A program made the translations under genes and the position numbers. Source: a virus (Duplodnaviria > Caudoviricetes). From it: a stretch of DNA of 64,000 nucleotides. Below, one piece after another: positions 1 to 10,666 of this stretch. Positions within the stretch are counted from its first letter, which is position 1. Each line of letters begins with the position of its first letter. The stretch lies in IMG/VR virus record IMGVR_UViG_3300029305_004466; one strand, given 5' to 3'. The notes beneath the pieces were generated by a model, which searched no databases, was not told the origin of the DNA, and was given only the letters and a program-made list of their open reading frames with translations.

Positions 1-3000
1 TTTGCCTTTTTCTATAACAATATTGCCAACATAACAGAAACCTACATTATTAGAAACTTGACGCTTCAAAACTATAGTATTTTCTGTATTTGTTGCAGGT
101 AATTCATAGCTTATGTAAGAACAGTTTGAGTATATTGTATCCACGTAATCATCATTTATATACACTTCAACATTCCCGCCAGAGAAACTAACAGAAAAAG
201 ATACTTTGCTATCTTCTCTATTATAAGCATATAATTTAATATACGCTTCATTTCCTGTTACTGTTGAAGTGGTTGCCAGTACTTTCAATGTCTTATTTAC
301 ATAAAAATTACACAATTCATTTTCAATTTGACACTCTCCAGATTGTAAATTAGATTTTAAATCTTCGTATTCACATGTTATTTTATACTGAGCATTATGC
401 ATTACACTAGTTTCACCAAACCAACGGATTTGCCTAAATACTCTCAATGCTGGCTCAAGATATTCTGTACCTGAGTAACTTAATATAATATACGAATATA
501 TATAGTCCAGCATTAATTTTAATGAATCTACCATTGACATATTGCCAAACTTAAATATGTTTGCATACCATATTTGATAAAATTTCATAAATATATCATA
601 CATTAAATCTGCTGGAACGTCTATATAAATTATTCCAGTTTCTTCGTAATCTGGAGTAGGATGCTTTATAGGGTATTTTGCTATAAAGGTATTATCATCT
701 AATATCTTTATAGGTTTTCTAGGTCTCATTTTCTCTTTATCGAAAATAATATCTTCAAAAGTACTGTAATCAAAGTCTTTTTCTGGAAGTAATAATTCAT
801 CTAACCCATAGTATTCATAGTTCGGGTCAATTGGGTCTTCGTATTGATATACATAAGCCCAGTTATATGTTTTTACAACTGGTCTTTCCATATCTTTTAT
901 TGTCTTTTGCATTTGTTTTAGCTCTGAAACATATTTATTTGTTTCATATTGCTGCTTTGTGATAAAGATATAATCTCCCGTGTCTACATTTATTTCTTTT
1001 CGCTTAGAGGCGGGTAATACTGAATTTGTAAACACTTCTGTTTCAACAGCTTTATCAACAAATACTTCATCATTAGCAATAAATGCTTCATATATTTTAT
1101 CTACATCAATTTGCGTATTAGAAGCATTACCAATGTATATTTTTCTGTTAATCCATTCCTCTTTTTGAGTGAATCCATTTTTAAAGATGTTTACATAAAA
1201 TTCACTATTATTTAACGTAGTTTCTATACCGTCTTTATGTACATATACTTCTGTATATTCCATAAAACCTTTTTTAATAATTGTAATGTCAATATTCCCA
1301 TTTTCTATAGATGTACTTTTTGCACCCATTGTAAAGGTTACGTTATTTCTTTCTGTACCTACATATTTACTTATTTTTAAAATACTAATATCACTTTGAA
1401 TAAAAGCATTCTTATTTATAGTTACAAGTGTGTTACCAGCATAATATTTAGTATTTTTTAATATTTTATCGAATGTCAATTCTGAAAAGTTTAGCATTGT
1501 CTTTTTAGCGTTATTTGTCATCATAATTCCATGGTAATAATCTATGAAAGCTTTCTTTTGTTCGGTGATAATAAATATATTACCTAATGAATTCGCTTTT
1601 TCTTTATCTTTCTCAAGGAAAATTTTAGTTTCTGCGGAAAAACTATTCATAGAATTTGTGCTTATTGTCTGGCTATTATTATCTACAAAAGTATTTTTAC
1701 CCGCTAAGATAAATCCTATAGTATTATCATGACTTTCAATACCTAATGGTAAATATTTATCTGCTAAATTAATATCAGCATAAGTGATAGCAGTATTAAA
1801 TTTACCTTTATAAGCAAACCAATGTTTATCTTTTGCTGTGTCTTTTTTAAAAGCACTAAGCCATTTTTGTGTATTATCTATGTTTATTCCATTATCTCTA
1901 AGAGAGAGTTCGTAAAGATTATCAAGTATACTAAACCCAACTTTATCTCTGGCATTTATTATAATATTTTCGTTATTATTCATTTGTAATATTTTTGTTC
2001 TCTTAGAAAATGAGTCTGAAAAACTTTTCCAGAATACGCCTTTGTTTTCTTTACTTAAGAATTTCTCTTCATACATTAAAGAAATCTCGGCTATTTCTCT
2101 ATGCAAATAATATAAGATATTTTGCTTAAAAGTTTTTATTTGCACTTCTTGCATGAGTGCGTCTACATTATTCAGTACAGACTTTTTAATATCTTTTTCT
2201 AAACTTTTACTTTGAGATGTATAAGTATCTTTTACATCTTTAGCTAAAGCTTTATTCTTAAACTTATTTACATATTTTATATCTTTAAATATTGAATAGA
2301 TTCTTCTGAGAATTAGACTTTCTTTTTCAGAGTGGAAACCAAATAAGTCTTTATTCTTTATGCCCTTTTTGCTATCTTTGATAGAAGAGTATACTCTATA
2401 ATCAAGGTAAGCTATTTTATTTTGTTTTTGCCCTAACATTTCTTTAAAAATATGAGTATCATGTATATCTTTAAAAGATACTTTCATTTTATTTATATTA
2501 GTATATCTATTAGTATTTTTACGAACAGTAATCTGAGCGTAACAATTAGTATAATATTTTTTATCGTCAATCTTTGAACTTAATATATTATATACATATA
2601 AATGATTGTCGGTTCCAATTGCATATATTTCTTTATTCAGAAAAATCTTATCAGTTTCTCTTTGTCGTAATATTTTAATATCAAAAGTACACAGATGATT
2701 TATTTCACCTTGCCCCCACTTAATGCTAAAAGTTTGTAAATGATTAATATCGCCAGTTAACATGAAGTCCTTATATACATACAACGTTCCCAGAGGCTCA
2801 TACAGCGATTTTATTTCATTTACATATAAATTGTTAATGGGACCCTCTAAAAACCTATTCTGAGCAATTCTGAGATGTTCTTGAGGGTATAAATCTTTGA
2901 CTGTTATTTGTGTAGAGAGAATTGTATCTTTAGCTTTCTTTTTTAATTCTGGAGTTTTATATATATTTAAAATAATCGGGAAATCATTTAAAAACAATTC

Positions 3001-3648
3001 ATCGAAAGTGTCTAATAATAAAGTTCCTCTTTTTGCTTGTTGTATTTTAGTTATAGTTATCTTTTTTGGGGCATCCTTTTTATTAATGGCATTAACGTTA
3101 TATACATTTAATATGCCGATTCTTTCTTTTAGTAAAAATTCTCTTATTATATCTATATTGTTATCTTTTTCATGAAGCATATTGTATTCATAACAATTAG
3201 TATTATTATCTCTGCTATTTATTGACACTCCTTCTGTGAATACATGAGTTTTGTTATCACTCTTTAAAAGAGGGTTATTCATAAAAACATTTGTATTTAA
3301 TGCCCTTTGTTCTAAGGATATATATCGGTTTTGTGTTATTTGCTTATCTAAAAGTTCTAAAGATACTTTTGTATTGCTTATTTCAAGATTTATAGGTTTA
3401 GAGAACCACGCTTGGTCTTCTCTTAAAGTTATATCTCTATCTCTTTTACTTAAAAGCAGCTCTCTGCATTTATAATAAAAAATGCCCCTTTCTCTTTTAC
3501 CGACAAAGATAGGGGCATTGAATTTACGCAAATCAGAGAAGATGTCTCTGTCATAGGTAAAAGCATATTCATTTGTCGCAACGTATGAATATTCAAATGG
3601 CTGAATTCTACCTATGACAGGCGAATTAAATTCAAAATTATAATTCAT
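1..3648 (-). CDS. Large putative virion structural protein (>1216 aa, runs off the window edge)
   Basis: Absent from the ORF track. ATG at 3648 with GGAGA RBS; frame reads MNYNFEFNSPVIGRIQPFEYSY... and the same frame is open at the window edge (...GFCYVGNIVIEKGK). Only the ends were checked by hand. Lies in the structural operon. Confidence 0.7.
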   Translation of the reverse strand, partial: MNYNFEFNSPVIGRIQPFEYSYVATNEYAFTYDRDIFSDLRKFNAPIFVGKRERGIFYYKCRELLLSKRDRDITLREDQAWFSKPINLEISNTKVSLELLDKQITQNRYISLEQRALNTNVFMNNPLLKSDNKTHVFTEGVSINSRDNNTNCYEYNMLHEKDNNIDIIREFLLKERIGILNVYNVNAINKKDAPKKITITKIQQAKRGTLLLDTFDELFLNDFPIILNIYKTPELKKKAKDTILSTQITVKDLYPQEHLRIAQNRFLEGPINNLYVNEIKSLYEPLGTLYVYKDFMLTGDINHLQTFSIKWGQGEINHLCTFDIKILRQRETDKIFLNKEIYAIGTDNHLYVYNILSSKIDDKKYYTNCYAQITVRKNTNRYTNINKMKVSFKDIHDTHIFKEMLGQKQNKIAYLDYRVYSSIKDSKKGIKNKDLFGFHSEKESLILRRIYSIFKDIKYVNKFKNKALAKDVKDTYTSQSKSLEKDIKKSVLNNVDALMQEVQIKTFKQNILYYLHREIAEISLMYEEKFLSKENKGVFWKSFSDSFSKRTKILQMNNNENIIINARDKVGFSILDNLYELSLRDNGINIDNTQKWLSAFKKDTAKDKHWFAYKGKFNTAITYADINLADKYLPLGIESHDNTIGFILAGKNTFVDNNSQTISTNSMNSFSAETKIFLEKDKEKANSLGNIFIITEQKKAFIDYYHGIMMTNNAKKTMLNFSELTFDKILKNTKYYAGNTLVTINKNAFIQSDISILKISKYVGTERNNVTFTMGAKSTSIENGNIDITIIKKGFMEYTEVYVHKDGIETTLNNSEFYVNIFKNGFTQKEEWINRKIYIGNASNTQIDVDKIYEAFIANDEVFVDKAVETEVFTNSVLPASKRKEINVDTGDYIFITKQQYETNKYVSELKQMQKTIKDMERPVVKTYNWAYVYQYEDPIDPNYEYYGLDELLLPEKDFDYSTFEDIIFDKEKMRPRKPIKILDDNTFIAKYPIKHPTPDYEETGIIYIDVPADLMYDIFMKFYQIWYANIFKFGNMSMVDSLKLMLDYIYSYIILSYSGTEYLEPALRVFRQIRWFGETSVMHNAQYKITCEYEDLKSNLQSGECQIENELCNFYVNKTLKVLATTSTVTGNEAYIKLYAYNREDSKVSFSVSFSGGNVEVYINDDYVDTIYSNCSYISYELPATNTENTIVLKRQVSNNVGFCYVGNIVIEKGK

Positions 3649-3676
3649 CTAAACATCTCCATTATTTTATATTTTA

Positions 3677-5110
3677 TTAGTTAGTTCCCGTACCGCCTGT
3701 ATCTGGGGCTGGAGCTGGGGTTTCTGGTGTTAAGTTATCCAGTGAGAATCTATAGAACAATGTCATATAGCTTATTGCTCCGTCATATCCGTTAACGGAC
3801 ATTACACATCTAAGAACAAGTTTAGTCTTAGTTGGGATTGAACCCGGGTCTAATGTAAGCGTCATGCTGTTATTGTTCTGCTGTAAACCAGCTGAAGAGT
3901 ATTCTGTTGGAGGAATTGCAACTGGAGTTGTATCAACTGTATCAGGGTCAATAGTGTGCCAATTAATACTTGTAACTTTGATACCAGACTTAGTTAAAGC
4001 ATTGGATGCCGTAATTGTTGCAATACCGTTTGCAGTATACATATCAAGAACAGAAGAATTTTCGCCTGTAGTATCGAAGAATATTGTTCTTTCAGATGTA
4101 TCATTAATTGTTGCCAATGAGAAAATAGTATTATACTTAATATCCTTAAGATTGAACATGGATACATTTTCAGTCATGTAATCTACTATTTCTTTATTGG
4201 TTAATGCAAGTGAAAGTGTCTTTAACTTAAATGTTACAGAATCAATAACATTTTCTACACCTTCAATATTAATGGAAGCCTTTAATGTAAGACCGCCAAT
4301 ACGATAATAAGTTTTACCATAAGCACTCTCTACTTTGGAATTTACAATATCTAATACGGAATCCTTAACTAAAATATCTTTTTGTTCATACATTTCGGTA
4401 TAAGTAGGTCTTGTAATTGTACCAGAAGTAGGAGAATCAGAAGTATCAATACGATACTTGTTTTCTATAAAAGGACTTAACGCATCTTCAGTAACAGTCC
4501 ATGTTACCTTAATAGGGTTTTCCACTAAGTCATTCGTAATTGTCTTAACGAGATTCAATGGATAAACTACATTATACATACCATTTGTATTAGGGTCTGA
4601 AGATTCAGTTGCGTTTTTACCTTTAATAGTATCCCATGTAAGAGTATTAAGTGCAACCTGCACAAGTTCTTCTGCTGTGTAAGGTTCAATACTAACTGTG
4701 ATACTTCTTTCAGCTGCTGCGTTATTTTTGGTAACTCTAATTGTTAAAGTACCAACTACCGCATTTGCACCATAAGGTGGGCGTTTAACAACAATACCAT
4801 CGCTATTGAAGTAATCACTAATATTATCGCCGTCAACATCATATTTAATAGCAGTTCCATTGTCACCTTTATCTGGCATATAAGCAGTAAGGTTGGAAGT
4901 AATACCAGTAACACCATTTTCAAGTAATCTATCTGAAACGGTATTAAGGTCTATTGTTACAGCCTGTTCGTCTGTAAGACCCGGCTTCTTGACCATACAT
5001 TTAAAAAACTGATAAGCTGTATAGTGAGCTTTAGGACTTGTTACTCTGGCTCTTAATGTAACACCAGTTTGTTCATCCTGTTGTGTAACAACACCAACAA
5101 AATTAGCCAT
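3677..5110 (-). CDS. Putative virion structural protein (Thr/Val-rich, beta-rich)
   Basis: 477-aa ORF with GGAGG RBS; position downstream of the head genes. Confidence 0.6.
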   Translation of the reverse strand: MANFVGVVTQQDEQTGVTLRARVTSPKAHYTAYQFFKCMVKKPGLTDEQAVTIDLNTVSDRLLENGVTGITSNLTAYMPDKGDNGTAIKYDVDGDNISDYFNSDGIVVKRPPYGANAVVGTLTIRVTKNNAAAERSITVSIEPYTAEELVQVALNTLTWDTIKGKNATESSDPNTNGMYNVVYPLNLVKTITNDLVENPIKVTWTVTEDALSPFIENKYRIDTSDSPTSGTITRPTYTEMYEQKDILVKDSVLDIVNSKVESAYGKTYYRIGGLTLKASINIEGVENVIDSVTFKLKTLSLALTNKEIVDYMTENVSMFNLKDIKYNTIFSLATINDTSERTIFFDTTGENSSVLDMYTANGIATITASNALTKSGIKVTSINWHTIDPDTVDTTPVAIPPTEYSSAGLQQNNNSMTLTLDPGSIPTKTKLVLRCVMSVNGYDGAISYMTLFYRFSLDNLTPETPAPAPDTGGTGTN

Positions 5111-5139
5111 AGAAATTCCTCCGTTCTATTTTTTAAAAT

Positions 5140-5170
5140 ATAGGGCTTCGAGAAATCGAAGCCCTATTTA
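5140..5170 (-). terminator. Stem-loop between structural genes (possible terminator)
   Basis: Inverted repeat ATAGGGCTTCG-AGAAAT-CGAAGCCCTAT; T-rich tail on the minus strand. Confidence 0.5.
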
Positions 5171-5173
5171 TTA

Positions 5174-8100
5174 TTACAGTGCTTCAGAAGTAAAGCTTAC
5201 GCTTATGTTTGCGTCTTGAGTTACTTTGTTTAAAGTAATAATATAATTATCACCGTCTTGTGTCAAACCTTCTTTTGTTATTTTGTTTATGCTTCCATCG
5301 GCAAAAACGATTTCAACAGAATCAATTTCCCAACCATTATCAGGTTTAACTGATGCTACATAATCTTCGCCATGGTTAACAATAGTGATAGGCACTGTGT
5401 TAAGTATACCAGAACCAGTTGTAATACCAATTCTTACTTCACATGGGTATTTGATTAAATCCCGTGTTATATCACAAGTAGCAAATCTCTTAATTAACGC
5501 TTGGTCTTCATTTTCTTGTACTTCATATACGATGAATTTATAACCCGGACGAGCATTTTCAAGTCTGAGTTCCTGTGTACCACTTTCAGCAGTGATTTCT
5601 CCACAATAAGGAACACCTTCAACGCCATAGAAGTAATCGTCTGTTGCATAAACTCCTTCGTTATTAGGAGGTGTCATTCTTACACGAATAACAGCGTCAT
5701 TATTAATAGTAGGAATTTCAGGAACAACACCATAGTAAATCTTATTGGATGTAGTGTTTGCGGTAAATGCGGTTACATCAAAGTTAACCTTACTTGCTAA
5801 CTTACTACCAATGAAACTAGCAACTGGTGTTAATGCAGATGCATCAATTTCTTCACCAACAAGAGGAGTATTTTCGTCACCAGTAAGTCCAGTAGATACT
5901 ACACATAAACTGATTGGGCTATAATCTGTCTTATTGGTTTCGGTAACTGACCACTTACTATTATCTACGATATCCCATAATACCGTAGAACCATTTGAAG
6001 TTTTAGCTAACGGATAAATGTTATTGGAAATTCCCCACCATGATTCATCAGCCAACAGTTTAAGTTCATCAATTGCAATTGCAACAATTTTCTGTTCATC
6101 ACTGTAGTCTGGCTCAATTTCATTCTTCTTAATGGCAACACCATATCTTGCATTTGGTGAATCACTTAATGGAGAGTAAGGAGCTGAAATTGGGAAGTAT
6201 ACATATGTTTCTTCGTATTCTTCTGGTTCTTTTTCGAAGTCCTTGTTAATAACAAGTTCATCAAATGGGAACAAGCTTGCACTGTCAATAACAAGCATAT
6301 CATTCAGCATACCTCTTGGACCATCATTACCATGAGTAATCTTAATTCTATCGGCATAATATTCATTGGTGTACATTGATTTACCGTACATAACCTTGGA
6401 CATATATTCTTCAGTTGTTGTAAACATCATATGATGCTTCTGATAATATGCCTTTGATTGTGTATGATACATCATAACAGAAGTTGTACCGTCAGATGTA
6501 TTTAAACCATAAGTATCGGTCTTTTTAACATCAATAACGTTACCAAACATGTCACGTTCTACACCACTGGTTAATACTATTTTTTCTTCATAGTATGGAT
6601 AACCAATGTATAATGTGTAGTTTGAATCATAAGCCTGATGAATAGTAATTACAGCTTGATTTTCTTCTACATAGTTAATCTTGTACACTGTCTTTAATTC
6701 AGTGATAGGAAGATTATTACCATCTAAGATAATGTATTTAGGCCACAGTTCTTTATTGTAGAAACGTCCTTCCGGAAGTTTTACATAGTATTCTGTAGTA
6801 TTATCAAGACAGCGAATAGAATAAGCACTCTGTAAGAACGTATTAAACTCAGGAGAGGCATAATTAGTTCCAACGAAATCAATTGTGCTGTAATTCTTTT
6901 CTCTTGTTAATTCACTCTTACAAGGTTCTGTGCTTGAAGAAACGAACAGAGCAAAGTTGCCTGCCGTATCATTAATTGAAAAATCGAAAGAATCAATTTT
7001 ACCACAATAACAAGCGGATACGAGATGTCTTTCTCTTGAATAATCAAGAGAAGGATTACCCATTACGATTAAGTTGAATCTGTCGTTATTGGTATTAATC
7101 CAGTAACGTACTTTAGTTTCGCCATTTAAGCCTGCTGTCTGTAAAGGAACAAGTAAAGTGCCATCAGATACAGCATTTATTGAAACGTCAGCATCAATTT
7201 CGTCCTGATAGATTTCTTCAAAGTCCTGATACCAAGAAAGTTTACACCAGTCAGACACATGAGCTCTTTGAACAACTACTTCACCTTTATCGTTGTATGT
7301 TGTTACAGAAGGACCATTTCCTTCTTCATTTAAGTCATCATACAAACGCATTAACAGATAGTGGTTATTCAGCATATATGTTCTTTCGGAAACATCGCTA
7401 GTTGCGGATTTTTCTACGTCATATCTGATTACGATGTGACCATTCTTAACAATATCGCCTGTAATTGTTGAGAATAAAATACCACGGTTATTTAAAACAT
7501 TAGGGTCATATGACCACAAACTCTTATCCAATGGAATATAAACACCTTCGATATAATATTCAGGGACAATCTTTGTAATGATATTATCATTTGCATCAGC
7601 CTCTTTGACTACATATGTGCCAGAAACTGTATATACATCTTTACTGGTTATAGCTTCAACAGAAAAGATAAAACTTGTATCATCTTCATATACAGCTTGG
7701 AATTTCAATGTTGTGAAGTTCTGGAACTGATTATCATCAACATTTAATGCTTCTCTAATTGCTGAATATAATTCGTTATCTTTTGCTTTAATTTCAAGGA
7801 TTTGAGTCTTATCAAAAACCAAATCAGCAGTAGCTGCACCCGGAATTGTTGGAGCATAGAATCCTTCTTTTTCAGCGTTCTCACCGTAAATAGCGATAAC
7901 TTTAGAAATCATGAGTCTAAACTGAGCCATTGAGGTATACTTAATGGTCTGTTTGTTAATTTCGTCAGAAGTAGAAATAGTACAACAACCATTACCCGGA
8001 AGTGTGATTATTTCTTCAACACGTTTTGTAACGCTTAATGCATCCTGATACATATCTTTTGTAATTACCTTAGGAATAACGCCTTCTTTTTCACAATCAA

Positions 8101-8530
8101 GAGGATATTCTTCAGGGTTTGCAACATAAGTAGGCTTATAGATTTCAAGATACATGGTTAATGATTCTTTTAACTCATCGCTATCCTGTAATAAGTCACC
8201 GGAAGTCTTTTTAATCTCTGTCGGAGTTGTTGTTGTTTTCAGAATAACCGTATCAGAGATTTGACTAATCTGGTTCAGAATCTTAGCCTGATACTCTTCT
8301 GGGGACATATTATCAGCATCTACATTAATTGTAGTGTCTGGCTTTGGATAAGCAATATCCCAGTTCTTTTTCTGTAAAACGAATGATGGAAGCAGAGTAT
8401 TACCGTTTACATCTTTGACTTCGTTTGAGCACACACCAATGGATAAAACCTTAGCGAGCTCTTTTACTATGTCCTTAGTAGAACAAAGACCTTCGTGATA
8501 TCTATACGCCTTGTATTTCTGTTCAGACAT
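5174..8530 (-). CDS. Large virion structural protein with possible C-terminal Ig/InlB-like repeat
   Basis: 1118 aa; C-terminus VNHGEDYVASVKPDNGWEIDSV...NKVTQDANISVSF resembles a beta-sandwich repeat; structural context. Confidence 0.55.
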   Translation of the reverse strand: MSEQKYKAYRYHEGLCSTKDIVKELAKVLSIGVCSNEVKDVNGNTLLPSFVLQKKNWDIAYPKPDTTINVDADNMSPEEYQAKILNQISQISDTVILKTTTTPTEIKKTSGDLLQDSDELKESLTMYLEIYKPTYVANPEEYPLDCEKEGVIPKVITKDMYQDALSVTKRVEEIITLPGNGCCTISTSDEINKQTIKYTSMAQFRLMISKVIAIYGENAEKEGFYAPTIPGAATADLVFDKTQILEIKAKDNELYSAIREALNVDDNQFQNFTTLKFQAVYEDDTSFIFSVEAITSKDVYTVSGTYVVKEADANDNIITKIVPEYYIEGVYIPLDKSLWSYDPNVLNNRGILFSTITGDIVKNGHIVIRYDVEKSATSDVSERTYMLNNHYLLMRLYDDLNEEGNGPSVTTYNDKGEVVVQRAHVSDWCKLSWYQDFEEIYQDEIDADVSINAVSDGTLLVPLQTAGLNGETKVRYWINTNNDRFNLIVMGNPSLDYSRERHLVSACYCGKIDSFDFSINDTAGNFALFVSSSTEPCKSELTREKNYSTIDFVGTNYASPEFNTFLQSAYSIRCLDNTTEYYVKLPEGRFYNKELWPKYIILDGNNLPITELKTVYKINYVEENQAVITIHQAYDSNYTLYIGYPYYEEKIVLTSGVERDMFGNVIDVKKTDTYGLNTSDGTTSVMMYHTQSKAYYQKHHMMFTTTEEYMSKVMYGKSMYTNEYYADRIKITHGNDGPRGMLNDMLVIDSASLFPFDELVINKDFEKEPEEYEETYVYFPISAPYSPLSDSPNARYGVAIKKNEIEPDYSDEQKIVAIAIDELKLLADESWWGISNNIYPLAKTSNGSTVLWDIVDNSKWSVTETNKTDYSPISLCVVSTGLTGDENTPLVGEEIDASALTPVASFIGSKLASKVNFDVTAFTANTTSNKIYYGVVPEIPTINNDAVIRVRMTPPNNEGVYATDDYFYGVEGVPYCGEITAESGTQELRLENARPGYKFIVYEVQENEDQALIKRFATCDITRDLIKYPCEVRIGITTGSGILNTVPITIVNHGEDYVASVKPDNGWEIDSVEIVFADGSINKITKEGLTQDGDNYIITLNKVTQDANISVSFTSEAL

Positions 8531-8555
8531 TTTATTTTCCTCCTATCTTTATTTA

Positions 8556-9056
8556 TTAAACACCGCTATCGTCATCTGGTACTACGGGTAAAGCGGGTGT
8601 AATAACATCTTCGTCTTCAGGTTCTTGTTTTACATATTCTCCATCAACTAACATACGGATGCCCATCCATACTTTTTTTGATGTGCCTGAAACATTATTA
8701 AACTCCAAACGGAATTTTGTTTTAGGTTCAAGTACATATACATAAGTTGAAGTTCCTATGAAAAGACCCTCTTTTACTTCTGTAGGATACCAAGTTTCAA
8801 ACCATAATTCATCGTTTACATATAAATTATAATAGTCTTCTTCTCCATATCCACTGCACGTAATTACTAATGCGAGTAGTTCTGCATTTTCGTCTGGTGA
8901 TTCGTACTCTAAATAATATACGCCTTGAAGTGCAGGAAGTGTCATTGCTACCATTTTATTGTAAGGTCTAGATAATTGTGCAAAATTCTTTATTTGCTCT
9001 ATATATTTGACCTTATCAACTTCACCGCCTACTTGATAATTAGTTACGAATGCCAT
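8556..9056 (-). CDS. Putative virion structural protein
   Basis: 166-aa ORF in the structural operon. Confidence 0.5.
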   Translation of the reverse strand: MAFVTNYQVGGEVDKVKYIEQIKNFAQLSRPYNKMVAMTLPALQGVYYLEYESPDENAELLALVITCSGYGEEDYYNLYVNDELWFETWYPTEVKEGLFIGTSTYVYVLEPKTKFRLEFNNVSGTSKKVWMGIRMLVDGEYVKQEPEDEDVITPALPVVPDDDSGV

Positions 9057-9069
9057 TTACACTTACCCC

Positions 9070-10149
9070 CTAATTATCTATAAAGTATCTAACCTCAACA
9101 CCGTAGTCTTCTTCCTCATTCTCAGTATCTTCTGGGAAAGTCGGGAGCTCTTCACCTTCAAGATTAGGTGTAAATATTATATATGTACAATCATTATCTG
9201 AGTCATATATAACGGTCCAAGTTCCTTCTGGTTCTCCATGTTCATAGGTGCTGTCATCTTCTTCATCGAATGCTTCACCAATAAAATAGGATTCATTTAT
9301 ATCAAATTGGTCTTCTTTCAATTCTCCTCTTATTTTAACATAAGCAATATTTGTTTTCAAACTATTACTTAAGCTATTATCAGCAGGGAAAATTTCTAAT
9401 ATTTCTAGCTCGTCTTCTATGTCTGCTAAGAAATCTGCCAAGTATATTTCTTCAGATTGGTCGTCTTGTGCGATAACAGCGTCAGTCACTTCTTTAATAA
9501 AGAACTGGCAAGGGTCACTCCATTCTCCACCTTCTGATTTAACTCTTACATAGTATATACCTTCTTTATAAGATATAGATGGCGTGAATGTTATAATATC
9601 ATCCTCTTCGTTAACCACAAAAGTTTCATATAACAATACTTCGAATTTATTTGACTTTGAAATCTGCATAATATATGAAGGAGCTTGTTGGGATTTCCAC
9701 TGTATCTCTGGAATTGAATTTGAAATCATACCGAATGTTGGTGATACGATTTCACATTTCGAATAACTCTTAGTTATTTCTGTATTAAAAGCAAATACAT
9801 ATTTCTTTAAAAGTCTATTTCCAGTGATATCTGTTATCGTATTATTTAATACAACGATATAACGTGTATCCACGTTCAGTGGCTCTTTTGGTACGAATGT
9901 TATAACTCTATCAGCATATGTCATTGTACCTTTTACGATATTGAATTTTTCACTTGCTTTAAGGCTTGTTACACCGTTATAAACTCCATCATAATCTTCA
10001 AATACGACTATAGAGTTATTCAGCGTTGACCGATTAATGTCCCCGCTGAATTTAATCTCTATAGGTTTATTCACATTTACACTTGTTTGATGTGCTTCTG
10101 GAGTTGTTGATATAACGGATAACCCTAAAGTTTCATTGCCGTTATTCAT
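9070..10149 (-). CDS. Ig-like (Big_5/SbsA-type) domain virion protein
   Basis: VISTTPEAHQTSVNVNKPIEIKFSGDINRSTL...ITFVPKEPLNVDTRYIVVLNNTITDITGNRL matches the bacterial Ig-like pattern. Confidence 0.7.
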   Translation of the reverse strand: MNNGNETLGLSVISTTPEAHQTSVNVNKPIEIKFSGDINRSTLNNSIVVFEDYDGVYNGVTSLKASEKFNIVKGTMTYADRVITFVPKEPLNVDTRYIVVLNNTITDITGNRLLKKYVFAFNTEITKSYSKCEIVSPTFGMISNSIPEIQWKSQQAPSYIMQISKSNKFEVLLYETFVVNEEDDIITFTPSISYKEGIYYVRVKSEGGEWSDPCQFFIKEVTDAVIAQDDQSEEIYLADFLADIEDELEILEIFPADNSLSNSLKTNIAYVKIRGELKEDQFDINESYFIGEAFDEEDDSTYEHGEPEGTWTVIYDSDNDCTYIIFTPNLEGEELPTFPEDTENEEEDYGVEVRYFIDN

Positions 10150-10164
10150 GTTATTAACTCCTTA

Positions 10165-10641
10165 TTAGTTTTGAGCTCTTCTGCCTCTCTTTTTCTTTTC
10201 TGTTGCCTCTTCAGCTTCAGATTCTTCAGATTCAGCATCTTCAACTTTTTCAGTTTCAGATTCTGTTTCTTCTGTCTTTGCATCAGGTTCTGCATCAGGT
10301 TGAGATTCTGCTTCAGGCTCTACATTAGCAGCCGCTTCTGGAGCCTGAGATGATTCTTCTGGCTCTTGGGTAGCTGGTTCCTGAGCTGGTGTTAACTCCG
10401 GGAGTTTAACTTCTTCTTTCTTTTCTTCCTTTTTAACGCCTACAACGTTTCCTGTTTCTAAGTCAACAACACCGTTTACATCAATAAGAGTCTTACCTTT
10501 AATTCCTCTTAAAATATAATTGCTAACCCTGTCAGCGAAACCAACAGGGTTAGCAATTGTTAAGTGCAGCTTAGTTACAGGACAGAAGAATGCATAGTTA
10601 CCCGGTTTCTTTGAATTTAATCTAAGTTCGATAGTAGCCAT
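10165..10641 (-). CDS. Hypothetical head-associated protein with acidic low-complexity tail
   Basis: 158 aa, directly downstream of the MCP; E/A/P-rich C-terminus. Confidence 0.55.
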   Translation of the reverse strand: MATIELRLNSKKPGNYAFFCPVTKLHLTIANPVGFADRVSNYILRGIKGKTLIDVNGVVDLETGNVVGVKKEEKKEEVKLPELTPAQEPATQEPEESSQAPEAAANVEPEAESQPDAEPDAKTEETESETEKVEDAESEESEAEEATEKKKRGRRAQN

Positions 10642-10666
10642 TACTTTTCCTCCGTTCTACAGCTAA

